Shown here piece after piece: positions 58,929 through 60,233 of a stretch of 60,233 nucleotides of DNA (position 1 is the first letter of the stretch; each line of letters begins with the position of its first letter). The position numbers and the translations under genes were made by a program. Under the pieces are notes generated by a model, which saw nothing but the letters and a program-made list of their open reading frames with translations, did no database searches and was not told the DNA's origin. The DNA is from Paracoccaceae bacterium (lineage in GTDB: Bacteria > Pseudomonadota > Alphaproteobacteria > Rhodobacterales > Rhodobacteraceae), in contig JAGRDU010000016.1 in the NCBI GenBank assembly GCA_020446905.1, positions 5,881 through 66,113 on the forward strand, in the 5' to 3' direction.

Positions 58929-60233
58929 TCAGGCGACGTCGAAGACGAGCGGCTTCACCTGCTGGAAAAGCCCCGTCTTCATCAGCTTGTCGATGATCGG
59001 TTGCGGGATCGGGTCGTCGACATAGAGAAGGGCGATCGCGTCCCTGCCCCGCGCCGACCGGCCGAGGGTGAAGTTGGCGATGTTGACGCCGTTCTCGCCC
59101 ATCGTCTGGCCGAGCGTGCCGATGATCCCGGGAACGTCCTCGTTCGTCGTGTAGAGCATGTTCGCACCGATCTCGGCGTCGATATTGATGCCCTTGATCT
59201 GGATGAAGCGCGGCTTGCCGTCTGAGAAGACAGTGCCCGCGATCGAACGTTCGCGCTTGTCGGTCACCACGGTCAACTTCATGTAGCCGTCAAAGACGCC
59301 GGCCTTGTCCTGCTGCGTGGTCGAGATCTGGATGCCGCGCTCCTTGGCGATGATCGGCGCCGAGACCATGTTCACGTCCGGGTTCGTCGCCTTCATGATC
59401 CCCGCGATGGCACCGCAGTTCAGCGCCGAGAGATTCATCTTAGCGACGGTGCCGTCGTAAAGGATGTTGATCGCCTTGATCGGCTCGTCCGTCATCTGAC
59501 CGGCGAAGGCGCCAAGGTGCTGGGCCAGCTTCAGCCACGGTCCCATGACGGCGGCTTCTTCGGCGGTGACCGAGGGCATGTTGAGGGCGTTCTGCACCGC
59601 GCCGGTCAGAAGGTAGTCCGACATCTGCTCGGCCACCTGAAGCGCGACGTTTTCCTGCGCTTCGGAGGTCGAGGCGCCGAGGTGCGGCGTTGCCACGACG
59701 TTGGGCAGGTTGAAGAGCGGCGAGGCCGTCGCGGGTTCCACTTCGAAGACGTCGAAGGCCGCGCCGGCGACATGACCCGATTTAAGCGCCTCGGCAAGCG
59801 CCGCCTCGTCCACCAGACCGCCGCGGGCGCAGTTGATGATCCGCACGCCTTTCTTGGTCTTGGCGATGTTCTCCTTCGAGAGGATGTTCTTCGTCTTGTC
59901 GGTCAGCGGCACATGGAGCGTGATGAAGTCCGCGCGGGCGAGCAGTTCCTCCAGCTCCACCTTGGTCACTCCCATCTGCTTGGCGCGTTCTTCGGACAGG
60001 AAAGGATCGTAGGCCACGACCTTCATATGTAGGCCGAGCGCCCGGTCGCAGACGATGCCGCCGATATTGCCCGCGCCGATCACGCCGAGGGTCTTGTTGA
60101 AAAGCTCGACCCCCATGAAGCGGTTCTTTTCCCACTTGCCCTCGTGGGTCGAGGCGCTGGCCTCGGGCAGCTGGCGGGCGACGGCGAACATCATCGCGAT
60201 GGCGTGCTCGGCGGTGGTGATCGAGTTGCCGAA
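58929..60233 (-). CDS. serA: D-3-phosphoglycerate dehydrogenase, C-terminal part (start lies beyond the right edge)
   Basis: GNSITTAEHAIAMM, GVIGAGNIG, INCARGG, TPHLGASTSEAQ, C-terminal ACT domain. Confidence 0.96.
   Translation of the reverse strand, partial: FGNSITTAEHAIAMMFAVARQLPEASASTHEGKWEKNRFMGVELFNKTLGVIGAGNIGGIVCDRALGLHMKVVAYDPFLSEERAKQMGVTKVELEELLARADFITLHVPLTDKTKNILSKENIAKTKKGVRIINCARGGLVDEAALAEALKSGHVAGAAFDVFEVEPATASPLFNLPNVVATPHLGASTSEAQENVALQVAEQMSDYLLTGAVQNALNMPSVTAEEAAVMGPWLKLAQHLGAFAGQMTDEPIKAINILYDGTVAKMNLSALNCGAIAGIMKATNPDVNMVSAPIIAKERGIQISTTQQDKAGVFDGYMKLTVVTDKRERSIAGTVFSDGKPRFIQIKGINIDAEIGANMLYTTNEDVPGIIGTLGQTMGENGVNIANFTLGRSARGRDAIALLYVDDPIPQPIIDKLMKTGLFQQVKPLVFDVA

Overview
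High-GC chromosomal segment from an alphaproteobacterium. Gene content and order point to Rhodobacteraceae. From left to right: partial miaB; a TetR-associated arginine-transaminase-like cassette (aruH/aruI-like, M20 amidohydrolase, DmpA-like peptidase); pncA-pncB NAD salvage; an Hsp70-like gene and trhO. Next is a ~24 kb surface-polysaccharide island (11.9-35.9 kb) with a VPLPA-CTERM/exosortase D sorting system, Wza/Wzc/Wzx-type export genes, glycosyltransferases, an O-acyltransferase and SGNH esterases. The rest holds arfB, a DEAD-box helicase, a queuosine-precursor transporter, mepA, recQ, a hybrid kinase, the alpha-2-macroglobulin/pbpC pair, a thiolase, phosphoesterases, a DMSP-lyase-family cupin and partial serA. 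Three observations stand out. (1) A gene-transfer-agent head-spike base homologue (Rcc01079/GhsA-like) lies in the polysaccharide island, convergent with a 746-aa signal-less esterase+lectin protein that may be an enzymatic head fibre. (2) An unannotated ~200-nt structured RNA at 38.15-38.35 kb carries an 18-nt perfect complement to the 16S rRNA 3' end, an 18-codon rare-codon ORF and a perfect DnaA box over its promoter. (3) A compact preQ1-I-like pseudoknot sits upstream of yhhQ. I saw no rRNA/tRNA genes, CRISPR arrays or transposases. All family assignments come from motif recognition by eye, not database searches.
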